Part shown: positions 1 to 7,860 of the stretch, piece after piece
How the letters are laid out: each line of letters starts with the position of its first letter
Position numbering within the stretch: position 1 is the first letter of the stretch
From: a virus
Taxonomy: Duplodnaviria; Caudoviricetes
DNA length: 25,050 nucleotides
Strand: one strand, 5' to 3'
IMG/VR virus record: IMGVR_UViG_3300033067_002058
Span: 1-25,050 of that record
The notes under the pieces: generated by a model
The model's database searches: none
The model's input: the letters and a program-made list of their open reading frames with translations, nothing else
What the model was told of the DNA's origin: nothing
Program-made: the position numbers and the translations under genes

Positions 1-123
1 GAACCGACGTTCGTCTACCAAACGCTTCGGCGCTGGGGTGCATGGGGAGATGCTGTTCCGGAGGGCCGGGCCAAGTTGATCCGCATGATCGCCGCTCACA
101 AGGACGTCGCCTCGCCGGTCTAA
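1..123 (+). CDS. Possible 3' end of an unknown gene, truncated by the window edge
   Basis: Frame 1 is open from base 1 to TAA at 121-123 (EPTFVYQTLRRWG...DVASPV*). Its stop overlaps the convergent endolysin stop. Confidence 0.4.
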   Translation, partial: EPTFVYQTLRRWGAWGDAVPEGRAKLIRMIAAHKDVASPV

Positions 124-896
124 CGCCTGGTGCAGACGTCGTCGACCGTGGGAAAGGACGACTCGTGAACGGGCCGGTCTTTGCCGAGCAGCCTCGTGAG
201 CGTCTCTTCGGTCATGCAGTTGCGATCGAGCGGACACGCTGGAACTCCAGGGATGCGAACCGTTGAACCCTCGGCAGAGAATTGCCAGATCGCCCAGTCT
301 TTCCACGGGGCCGGGACGATCGGCTTGGCCTCTGTCGGGGGCAACCAATCACTAGAGTGGGTGTAATTCGCGATCCAAAGCGGGTAGCGCGACCACTCTA
401 GTGACTTCCCTGCGTCTCCAAGGCTCTGCCAGAAGCTTGGATACGTGTATAGGATGGGCACGCGACCGAACAGGCGCTCGAGCTCGGCGAGGCACCGCAG
501 GCCCCACTCGGCGATAAATTTTCCGTCGACGGCCCATTGCGTCCAACGATCGAGAATCTTGCTCGTGCCCTTCTCCTTCTCGAAGTGAGGAGGCCACTCG
601 AGGTCAAGAACGGGCGGCATATCAGTAGCTCCGTCACAGTCAGCGTATAACCGGCGCGCTTGGTCCTCGGGGCTGCGCCCTTTCTTGCCGGCAGCCTCGG
701 GTAGCGGGTACCCGAACAGGTACGGCGCGTACGGCATGCCGATGTCACGACAGCCTTTGGCGTTCGCCTTGTAACGAGGGTCGATGCCATCATTGCCCTG
801 CGTGCACTTCAGGAACGCAAAGCGAACCCCGGCAGCCTGCGCCCTTGGCCAGTCGATGACGCCGTACCCGGACCATGCGTCGATGCCGAGGATCAC
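120..896 (-). CDS. Endolysin, glycoside hydrolase family 25 muramidase
   Basis: GH25 hallmarks: N-terminal GIDxxxxxGxIDW, FAFLKCTQG, catalytic VLDLE (DxE), PILYT, YPLWIANY and WAIWQFS. Last gene of a coupled lysis cassette. Confidence 0.92.
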   Translation of the reverse strand: MILGIDAWSGYGVIDWPRAQAAGVRFAFLKCTQGNDGIDPRYKANAKGCRDIGMPYAPYLFGYPLPEAAGKKGRSPEDQARRLYADCDGATDMPPVLDLEWPPHFEKEKGTSKILDRWTQWAVDGKFIAEWGLRCLAELERLFGRVPILYTYPSFWQSLGDAGKSLEWSRYPLWIANYTHSSDWLPPTEAKPIVPAPWKDWAIWQFSAEGSTVRIPGVPACPLDRNCMTEETLTRLLGKDRPVHESSFPTVDDVCTRR

Positions 897-1048
897 TTCT
901 TGGCCTTTTCTGCAGCGCTCATCTCTTCGATTAGTTGACGGCGCGCCTCGGAGATCTGCGCCTGCCGCTGACGTTCAATCTCGGCCTGCCGGTCACGCAG
1001 TCGACGATCGATGCCAAAGACAAGATCGAGCAGGAAGTCAGCGAGCAT
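893..1048 (-). CDS. 51-aa coiled-coil protein in the lysis cassette (spanin-like or accessory)
   Basis: Not in the ORF track; read by hand as MLADFLLDLVFGIDRRLRDRQAEIERQRQAQISEARRQLIEEMSAAEKAKK*. Its TGA overlaps the endolysin GTG (GTGA), and it fills the gap exactly. Confidence 0.6.
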   Translation of the reverse strand: MLADFLLDLVFGIDRRLRDRQAEIERQRQAQISEARRQLIEEMSAAEKAKK

Positions 1049-1256
1049 CTAGGCCCCCGTCGGCAATGCACGCATCGAAGACGAAACCCGCTTGTTCGAC
1101 CGACGCGTCGTGCGTGTAGAACGCCGCTCGAGCTTCCGCGGTACACTTGTCCAGCAGCGCGCCAGTATTCGGCGGCAGAAAACACGCCGCGGGAATTTGC
1201 GTCATGCCCAGCGCGACGATGCACGCGAGCGCCACACGCTTCCCCGCGGAGATCAC
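1038..1256 (-). CDS. 72-aa putative lipoprotein (o-spanin-like)
   Basis: GTG at 1256 overlaps the holin TGA. The N-terminus MISAGKRVALACIVALGMTQIPAAC has a basic n-region, a hydrophobic stretch and a lipobox-like AAC. Confidence 0.6.
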   Translation of the reverse strand: MISAGKRVALACIVALGMTQIPAACFLPPNTGALLDKCTAEARAAFYTHDASVEQAGFVFDACIADGGLDAR

Positions 1257-1474
1257 TGGCCCTTCTCCGTCTCGTCGTCCCCCTTGACGATCGAAAGGGC
1301 AGGCGTTGAATCTGTCGACGCCGGCAACTTGCTGCCGACAACGAAGCTGACAATGACGGAGACAATGCTCGTCACTGCGCCGAACGCGCCGGGGGAGTAC
1401 ATGTTGGAGACGATGATTGCGGCGAAGAGAACCGCCAGCAATGCAACCTGTTGCCAAGTGGGATTGAACTTCAC
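1253..1474 (-). CDS. Putative holin (73 aa, two hydrophobic segments)
   Basis: MKFNPTWQQVALLAVLFAAIIVS...GAVTSIVSVIVSFVVG with a charged C-terminus. Start placed at GTG 1474, 5 nt after TAGTCT. First gene of the lysis cassette. Confidence 0.7.
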   Translation of the reverse strand: MKFNPTWQQVALLAVLFAAIIVSNMYSPGAFGAVTSIVSVIVSFVVGSKLPASTDSTPALSIVKGDDETEKGQ

Positions 1475-1479
1475 GACGA

Positions 1480-1504
1480 AGACTAGGGCCCGCCTTCCTA
1501 GCCT
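1480..1504. promoter_or_regulatory. Back-to-back divergent TAG(C/T)CT elements (putative leaderless -10 boxes)
   Basis: TAGTCT on the minus strand (1480-1485) is 5 nt from the holin GTG. TAGCCT on the plus strand (1499-1504) is 5 nt from the baseplate J GTG. Confidence 0.7.
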
Positions 1505-1509
1505 CGTGC

Positions 1510-2709
1510 GTGACGTACGGCCTGACCCCACAAGGCTTCATAAAGCCGACGACCCAGGAGCTTCTGGACGAAATCCGCGAAGAGATCCTCGAGAACATCG
1601 ATCCTGGTCTGAATCTGGCGCCCGATCAGCCACTGGGGCAGATCATCGCCATCTTCGCGAACAAGCTGGCGACGGTCTGGGAGGTCGCCGAAACGCTCGC
1701 GACGGCGATGAACCCGGACAATGCCGAGAACTTCCTACTCGACAACGTCTGCGCGCTGACTGGAACGCTTCGCGACCCGGCAAGGAAGTCCACCGTAAAG
1801 CTGAGCTGCAACGTGAACGACGGCTTCAGCGCTTTGGCGGGTGCAATGACGTCCAACATTACGGGCCAACCCGCCGTCCGATTCACGAACGTGAGCAACG
1901 TCGGCCCGTTCTCTCCTGCCGGTAACTACGACATCGAATTCGAGTGCACGGAATACGGGCCCGTTCCCGCGGCGGCGAGCACGCTTACGACGATCACAGT
2001 CCCTGTATCGGGCTGGAACTCGTGCACGAATGCGCTGGACGCCGTCCTTGGAAACTTCGACGAAAAGGACGAGGCCCTTCGCCTTCGCCGTCAAGACGAA
2101 CTGTCTGCACCTGGCGCTTGCACCGTCGACTCAATCCGGGCCGACGTTCTTCAAGTCGAAGGCGTTCAACAGGCGTACGTCTTCGAGAACGTCACACTGA
2201 CGACGGACAGCGACGGTCTGCCCGGCAAGTCGATCGAAGTCGTCGTGTTCGACGGCACGTCACCCGAGGCGGAGAACGCGGACGTCGCGCAAGTCGTGTG
2301 GGACTCGAAGCCATCAGGCTCGCAGACGTACGGCGACATCTCCCAGACCGTGAAGGATTCCACGGGCGTCAACCGAACGGTCTACTTCTCGCGCGCGACC
2401 GTGAAGAACGTCTGGTTTGAATACGACGTCACGATCGACCCGAACTTCTTCCCGTCGAACGGGGCCGCGCTCATCAAAGCAGCTGCGGTCGCATACGCCG
2501 CGAAATATCTGAACCTCGGCATCGACGTCTTTGCCATTGCGTTCAAGGCGCAGGCGCTCACGGTGGCTGGCGTTCTCGACGTCCCTGCGCTTCGTCTGGG
2601 CTTCTCGTCGTCGCCCGTCGGTACGTCGAATCTATCGATCACGAACCGCGAGATCGCGTCTGTCGATACGTCTCGTATCTCGGTCTCCACGACGCCGGGG
2701 TCGCCATGA
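1510..2709 (+). CDS. Baseplate J / gp47-like wedge protein
   Basis: N-terminus YGLTPQGF...DQPLGQII, plus LDNVCALTGTLR, GxDEKDEALRLRR and LQVEGVQQAYVFENVT...GLPGKSIEVVV. Size is 399 aa. Confidence 0.9.
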   Translation: MTYGLTPQGFIKPTTQELLDEIREEILENIDPGLNLAPDQPLGQIIAIFANKLATVWEVAETLATAMNPDNAENFLLDNVCALTGTLRDPARKSTVKLSCNVNDGFSALAGAMTSNITGQPAVRFTNVSNVGPFSPAGNYDIEFECTEYGPVPAAASTLTTITVPVSGWNSCTNALDAVLGNFDEKDEALRLRRQDELSAPGACTVDSIRADVLQVEGVQQAYVFENVTLTTDSDGLPGKSIEVVVFDGTSPEAENADVAQVVWDSKPSGSQTYGDISQTVKDSTGVNRTVYFSRATVKNVWFEYDVTIDPNFFPSNGAALIKAAAVAYAAKYLNLGIDVFAIAFKAQALTVAGVLDVPALRLGFSSSPVGTSNLSITNREIASVDTSRISVSTTPGSP

Positions 2710-3320
2710 TCTCGCAACGCGACGACGCGCACGTGGCCAAGGGCCTTGCCCTGTTGACCGAGCAGTTCAAAGGCAAGCCAGTCATTGAAGCCCTCTTGTC
2801 GGCCCCGCTCGGTCGCGTCCAAAGGCTGGAAGACGAGATCTGGGTTGCGCTTTGGGGTTGGGTCCTCGACTACGCAGAAGGGCAACAGCTTGACGATCTC
2901 GGTGTCATCGTGGGCCAGCCCCGCGAAGGCCGCAGCGACGAGGATTACAAGTTCGCGATCCGCGTGCGCATCCGGGTGAATCGTTCGCAGGGCAAAGCGG
3001 AAGACGTCATCCAGGTCGCACGGTTGTTGAGCAGCGTGTCCACGTACGTCGAATACTTCCCGCTCGGATGGGAGGTCTCGATCTATAACATCCTGAATTC
3101 TGGCGACGTCATCCGGCTACTCACGGAGACGAAGGCAGCGAGCTCCTACGGCGTGCTGCTTACCTCGACGTGGGCTGAGGAAGACGTCTTCAAGTGGGAC
3201 TATCTCGTCGGAACGCCGGTCACGACGAGCACGTGGGACTATACGACGGCCGCTGAAGAGAGCCAGAAGTGGCCCGCAGCGCTGCCGACGAATCCGGCGT
3301 ACCGCAGGGCGCTTACCTAG
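2706..3320 (+). CDS. Baseplate wedge protein (DUF2612-like / gp48-like)
   Basis: LDYAEGQQLDDLGVIVGQPR...SDEDYKFAIRVRI motif; ATGA-coupled to baseplate J. Confidence 0.82.
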   Translation: MISQRDDAHVAKGLALLTEQFKGKPVIEALLSAPLGRVQRLEDEIWVALWGWVLDYAEGQQLDDLGVIVGQPREGRSDEDYKFAIRVRIRVNRSQGKAEDVIQVARLLSSVSTYVEYFPLGWEVSIYNILNSGDVIRLLTETKAASSYGVLLTSTWAEEDVFKWDYLVGTPVTTSTWDYTTAAEESQKWPAALPTNPAYRRALT

Positions 3321-3328
3321 CCTCGGGC

Positions 3329-5578
3329 GTGTCGACCCTCTTTGAACAAGGTCCGCAAGGGCCGGCAGGTCCCCCGGGCAGAGCAGGGAAACAACTCCTC
3401 TCCGGTTCAGGTGCTCCGTCCAACACGCTCGGGAACGACGGCGATCATTATCTCGATCGTGACGCGAACACTCTGTACGGCGCGAAGGCAAACGGCGTCT
3501 GGGGTTCCGGTGTTTCGCTAGGCGCTGGTGCCGTTGCCGATGACATTGCCATGAATGGCTCTTTCATCAATCGCGTGCACGGGTTCAACGGAACCGCCCT
3601 CGAGACCACGGACACACCATCCACTGGTGACGTGTGGTCATACGATCCGAGCTCCGGCAAGTACCGCTCGGATCGCCCGCTTGAGCCGGCCAAGCTCAAC
3701 GTCAAAGCCAAGCGTTTCGGCGCGGTAGGCGATGGCACCACCGACGACACGACGGCGATCAATGCGTGCATCGCTGCGGCTAATGCCCTTAATGAGCCGG
3801 TCATCGTCCTATTCCCGCCGGGCACGTACAAGGTCACGGCCCAGCTTACGACTCCGGACGCGTACGTGTCGCTACACGGCGCGGCGCACCGCGGCACGGC
3901 GACGATCAAGTCCTACGTACACGACACGCTGCTTTATCTAGACGAAGCTATCGACACGCAAAACGCGAAGTATCTCAGCGTCGAGAACCTGAATTTTGAG
4001 TGCATGGTCGACCAGTCGGCCGACGCTGGATGGCTTGCGGCCACGGCGGCTTCTCAGACCATTGCCGTTGATGCCACCGCTGGCACCTTCACGCGCTCAA
4101 GCGGCAGTTTCGTCACGGACGGGTTCCAGGTTGGCCAACGCATCCTCCCGGCCGGTTTCGCGAACGCCGCGAACAATTATGGGCGCGTTATCCAAAGCGT
4201 GACGCCCACCGTCATCACGGTCACGAGCACTACAGGTCTTGTGACCGAAGCGGGTACCGGCAACGAGTCGATCTCCAGTCCCTTCGAGGTGGCCGCAGGC
4301 GCGGGTATCGAGATTCGTGGCGGGGGGAAGATTCAGCTCCGCAACGTCAACGCGGTGAACTTCCCGATCGGTTTTTGTCTAGACGGGGCCATCGAAGTGA
4401 AGATGGATCACTGCTTGGCCTACTCGAACGGGGATGGCTACGGCACGCCCACGACGAACGGCAAAGGAATCTATCTCGTTGACGGCGGCCGACGCGGGCG
4501 AGGGTTTACGGTCGGCGGATCGGTCAACTGCAACCAGATCAAACACTGCTGGCTTGGCGGCAACAAGAACGACATCGAGGTAAACGGGGGGCTCTCGAAC
4601 CAGATCGAGGACATCATTTTTGCGAGCGTCGGAACGGCCGGACTCTCTGCCATCCGTCTGACCGCAACGGACGGAATCGACATCTTCGCCTGTGAGTGTG
4701 AGGGCTACGGCGGATCAGGTAGCTGCGGCGTCATGATCGGCGGCGCGGTCTACGGCGCGACCATCCGAAAGAACTACCTCAGCGCGGAACACCCCATCAG
4801 CAGCGAATCGCCTGGGGTTATGTACAAGTCCTCGATCGTCGACAACACGCTAAACCCCACGGGGTCTAACGCGGCGGTCTACAAGTGGGACCCGAGCTGC
4901 ATGCCTTATCTGGTGTGCACGGGGAACACGCACAACGGAGCTGGCTCGTTTACGAATTACGACGGTGGAGACGCAGCGATCGGCTTCAACAATGGCCCGA
5001 CAACGCAGAAGGGCCTTTCTATCAACAAGATCGGCCCCGCGCGTGGCGTCATCGACGCGTACCTTGCTGACGCGACGTCTCTGATTCGGTTCTCGGCGTA
5101 TCCCGATCCTGGCGTCGTGCGCTTCGACCATTCGGCGCCGTCTGCAAAAAACCAAACCGTCGAGCATTTCTATGTCAGTGACGCGACGTCGAACCTGTCA
5201 GAGGACGGCAAGTTTGTCGAGTGGGTCAACAAGGCGGCCGCCTCAGGTAGCTCCACCATTTGTCAGTCGACAGCGATTCCCGTCGACGCGTTGGTGACCG
5301 CGCGTTGGACGGTCCTTCAGCAGAAGGACGGCACGATTACAACCTATGGCAGTTGGATCTACGAGCAGGACGTTTACCGGAACGGCAGCGGCTCGCTCAC
5401 GTTCGTCGGTAGCCCCACGGACGTCAAAGGAGGCGGAGCCGTCAATGTCGGCGCCACGTTCACAGCCCCCACGCTCGTTGACGCCGGGTCAAACAAGCTC
5501 GGTATCGCCGTCTCTGGCATCGCTGGCACAGCGAGCCTTGTCTTCGCGAAACTCGAAATCTTCGCGTGCGTGAGGTGA
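3329..5578 (+). CDS. Tailspike / depolymerase with a pectate-lyase-like beta-helix
   Basis: Short collagen-like run GPQGPAGPPG, then GSGAPSNTLGNDGDHYLD, and the beta-helix cap NVKxxxFGAVGDGTTDDTTAINACI...VLFPPGTYKV. Start reassigned from 3269 to GTG 3329, 5 nt after TAGCCT. Confidence 0.8.
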   Translation: MSTLFEQGPQGPAGPPGRAGKQLLSGSGAPSNTLGNDGDHYLDRDANTLYGAKANGVWGSGVSLGAGAVADDIAMNGSFINRVHGFNGTALETTDTPSTGDVWSYDPSSGKYRSDRPLEPAKLNVKAKRFGAVGDGTTDDTTAINACIAAANALNEPVIVLFPPGTYKVTAQLTTPDAYVSLHGAAHRGTATIKSYVHDTLLYLDEAIDTQNAKYLSVENLNFECMVDQSADAGWLAATAASQTIAVDATAGTFTRSSGSFVTDGFQVGQRILPAGFANAANNYGRVIQSVTPTVITVTSTTGLVTEAGTGNESISSPFEVAAGAGIEIRGGGKIQLRNVNAVNFPIGFCLDGAIEVKMDHCLAYSNGDGYGTPTTNGKGIYLVDGGRRGRGFTVGGSVNCNQIKHCWLGGNKNDIEVNGGLSNQIEDIIFASVGTAGLSAIRLTATDGIDIFACECEGYGGSGSCGVMIGGAVYGATIRKNYLSAEHPISSESPGVMYKSSIVDNTLNPTGSNAAVYKWDPSCMPYLVCTGNTHNGAGSFTNYDGGDAAIGFNNGPTTQKGLSINKIGPARGVIDAYLADATSLIRFSAYPDPGVVRFDHSAPSAKNQTVEHFYVSDATSNLSEDGKFVEWVNKAAASGSSTICQSTAIPVDALVTARWTVLQQKDGTITTYGSWIYEQDVYRNGSGSLTFVGSPTDVKGGGAVNVGATFTAPTLVDAGSNKLGIAVSGIAGTASLVFAKLEIFACVR

Positions 5579-5582
5579 TGGG

Positions 5583-6305
5583 ATGCTCGGTCTAGGTCTC
5601 GGGCTCGGCTTCCAAAACGGCGCGTCGAGCGCATTCGACCCCGCCACCCTATCGCTAACCGGTTGGTGGCGGGCTAGCTATTCCGGCTCCCCGTGGGCCG
5701 GCACCGCGAGCGCTGGCGCGTCAGGGTCGCGCAGTCTGAGCGAGGCAACGCACCCGCCGACAACTGGAACCGCGGTCAATTCGCTCACGCCGGCCGACTT
5801 TGGAGGCGTGAATAGCGTTCTCTCAGGCGCGGCAATCAGCACGTATATCAGCGCCTCGGCGTTCTCGCTGTGGGTCCTGTTCAACGCGGACACCGCGGAC
5901 TCCGGTGCAGGAGGAGCCTACGCCTCGCCGTACCTATTCGGCGACACGGCCACGTACATGTTCCTGTCGTTTGACGCGAACGGGCTCAACGTGCGCGTTT
6001 CGGACGGCGCCACGTTCCCTACGGTGACAGTCGCATGCGCGACGGGTGGATGGCACCTAGCGCAGGTCCAGTACGGGAGCAGCACGCTCAAGCTGCGTGT
6101 CGACGGTGGCGCATGGTCCAGCACTGCGACGTGTGCCGCCATTGCCGACGTCTCGAACACGATGCGGGTAGGTCTTTCGTACAGCGGCACCGCCTTAGAC
6201 GGGCGCGTTGCCGAGGTTGGCGTGGCGAATACGGCCATCGCTCTCGCGACCTTCGACGATGTCTTGACCTACACCCGAGGACGCTACGCCCAGGCGCTGG
6301 CCTGA
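5583..6305 (+). CDS. Head fibre / spike protein with a LamG (concanavalin)-like domain
   Basis: The N-terminal MLGLGLGLG peptide resembles the RcGTA head fibre Rcc01080 N-terminus as I recall it. LamG-like motifs GGWHLAQV, LKLRVDG and LDGRVAEV. SD-like GAGGTG upstream. Confidence 0.65.
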   Translation: MLGLGLGLGFQNGASSAFDPATLSLTGWWRASYSGSPWAGTASAGASGSRSLSEATHPPTTGTAVNSLTPADFGGVNSVLSGAAISTYISASAFSLWVLFNADTADSGAGGAYASPYLFGDTATYMFLSFDANGLNVRVSDGATFPTVTVACATGGWHLAQVQYGSSTLKLRVDGGAWSSTATCAAIADVSNTMRVGLSYSGTALDGRVAEVGVANTAIALATFDDVLTYTRGRYAQALA

Positions 6306-6351
6306 CGCAACGGATGTGAAGGGCGTTGTCTGCCCCTTCCTAGTCTTTGGC

Positions 6352-6600
6352 GTGTCGTACCCGATTCCCGACGTCTACGCCGCTGCTCCTGCTGTCGACT
6401 ACGCGCCAGTCACGCCAAGCGATAGCACTGTTTATAATCCGCCGTTCCGCGGCATCTACGTGGGAACTGCGGGCAACGTCGTCCTTACTTCCGTCCGTGG
6501 CAACGACTGCACCTTCAAAGCAGCCGCGGGAGCGATCCTTCCCGCAGGTACGAAGGTCAAAGCAGCCACGACAGCGACCGACCTCGTCGCGCTGTACTGA
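6352..6600 (+). CDS. Head spike base protein (RcGTA Rcc01079/GhsA-like), 82 aa
   Basis: Pattern PAVxxxxVTPSDST...RGIYVGTAGNVVL...GAILP...V.A.TTAT. Start at GTG 6352, 5 nt after TAGTCT. Confidence 0.75.
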   Translation: MSYPIPDVYAAAPAVDYAPVTPSDSTVYNPPFRGIYVGTAGNVVLTSVRGNDCTFKAAAGAILPAGTKVKAATTATDLVALY

Positions 6601-6624
6601 CGGCCCGTTCCTACTCTCAAGGCG

Positions 6625-7860
6625 ATGAGCCGTCCCGTAGATCCGAGTTGGACCGTCGGCAGCTGGGCCACGAACACGAACTATCCCGCAGGCTCTGACC
6701 CGTGGAGCGGCCAACCAATCAAGGTCACGCACCCTGGCCCTGCAGGCGGCTTCGTACCCGGGCAAGGTGCTGGCGCACCGTACGTCAACTATGAGTTCAA
6801 CAGGCTCTATACGACGCAGGCGACCGAGAAATCGTTCCTTCAGTCGCTGACAACGTTCGTTGGCCAAGAGCAGGCTCTGAACTTCCGCGTGTCAGACTCA
6901 GGTGACGCAAACTTCGCGTTCTTCAACAAGAAGTACAACAGTTGGTTGCTCTGCGACGATGCGGAAACCGTTGTAGAGGCTCGAGATTGGGGCAACCTGT
7001 ATGACTTAGGAAGCATCGTCGCCTCGGCAGGTGCTGGCGAAGACTGCATTCACGGTGACTCTGACCCGAGCGGCAACTTCGTCATCGCCACGAAGACGCG
7101 GTACGTTTTCCAGCGTCCCTATTCAAGCGGCACCGTAACCAAGGTGGACGTGGCTGGCTCGGCCGTGACCTTGACCGAAGCCCAAGTGGCTTACGATTCG
7201 GTGCGTGGGAAGTGGCTATGGTGGGGAGCAGACGGCTCATCTTACACAAAGAACTCGTCGAACCGCACGTCGTGGAGCTCCGCGACTAACCCTCCGTTTG
7301 CTGGCGATGGCTCCTTCACGAACCGAATGGTCGCGAACCCGACGACGGGCCGCATTCTGTTCGTCTGCCGCAACAGCTCGCCGAACCGTCTCTACATCGA
7401 CCGCACGGATGACGCCGGTGCAACGTGGACGTCCACGACGTTCATCACGATCACGACCTGGACGCCCGACGCCGTCTGGCTGACTTACAACGAATCGACG
7501 ACGACTTGGATCTTGGCCGCGTCGTCGGTCAGTGACGCCCTCTGTAAGGTCTGGACCAGCACGGACGACGGCGTGACCTGGACTGAAGTGAGCTCGTTCA
7601 CGACCACGCTCATCACCTCAATCGCCAGCATCGGCGAGCTTTGGGTCGCGCTGGCTAAAGGGCTCGCTCCTCCGGGGTCCACTCGTCACAACGTCATCTA
7701 TTCGACGGACCGCGGCGTGACGTGGAACATCGCAGGCCTCGAAATCGCATCGTGCACCGGCATCTACTGCGCTGCGGGCGGGTTCATAATCACGACCACG
7801 GCGGGACACACGTTCTTCGGTCACCGAATGGGCGCGCCCTCGCTCGGGACCGTTGCTTGA
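6625..7860 (+). CDS. Tail fibre / receptor-binding protein with BNR (Asp-box) beta-propeller repeats
   Basis: N-terminal anchor-like GFVPG...YVNYEFN; Asp-boxes RTDDAGATW, STDDGVTW and STDRGVTW. Confidence 0.65.
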   Translation: MSRPVDPSWTVGSWATNTNYPAGSDPWSGQPIKVTHPGPAGGFVPGQGAGAPYVNYEFNRLYTTQATEKSFLQSLTTFVGQEQALNFRVSDSGDANFAFFNKKYNSWLLCDDAETVVEARDWGNLYDLGSIVASAGAGEDCIHGDSDPSGNFVIATKTRYVFQRPYSSGTVTKVDVAGSAVTLTEAQVAYDSVRGKWLWWGADGSSYTKNSSNRTSWSSATNPPFAGDGSFTNRMVANPTTGRILFVCRNSSPNRLYIDRTDDAGATWTSTTFITITTWTPDAVWLTYNESTTTWILAASSVSDALCKVWTSTDDGVTWTEVSSFTTTLITSIASIGELWVALAKGLAPPGSTRHNVIYSTDRGVTWNIAGLEIASCTGIYCAAGGFIITTTAGHTFFGHRMGAPSLGTVA

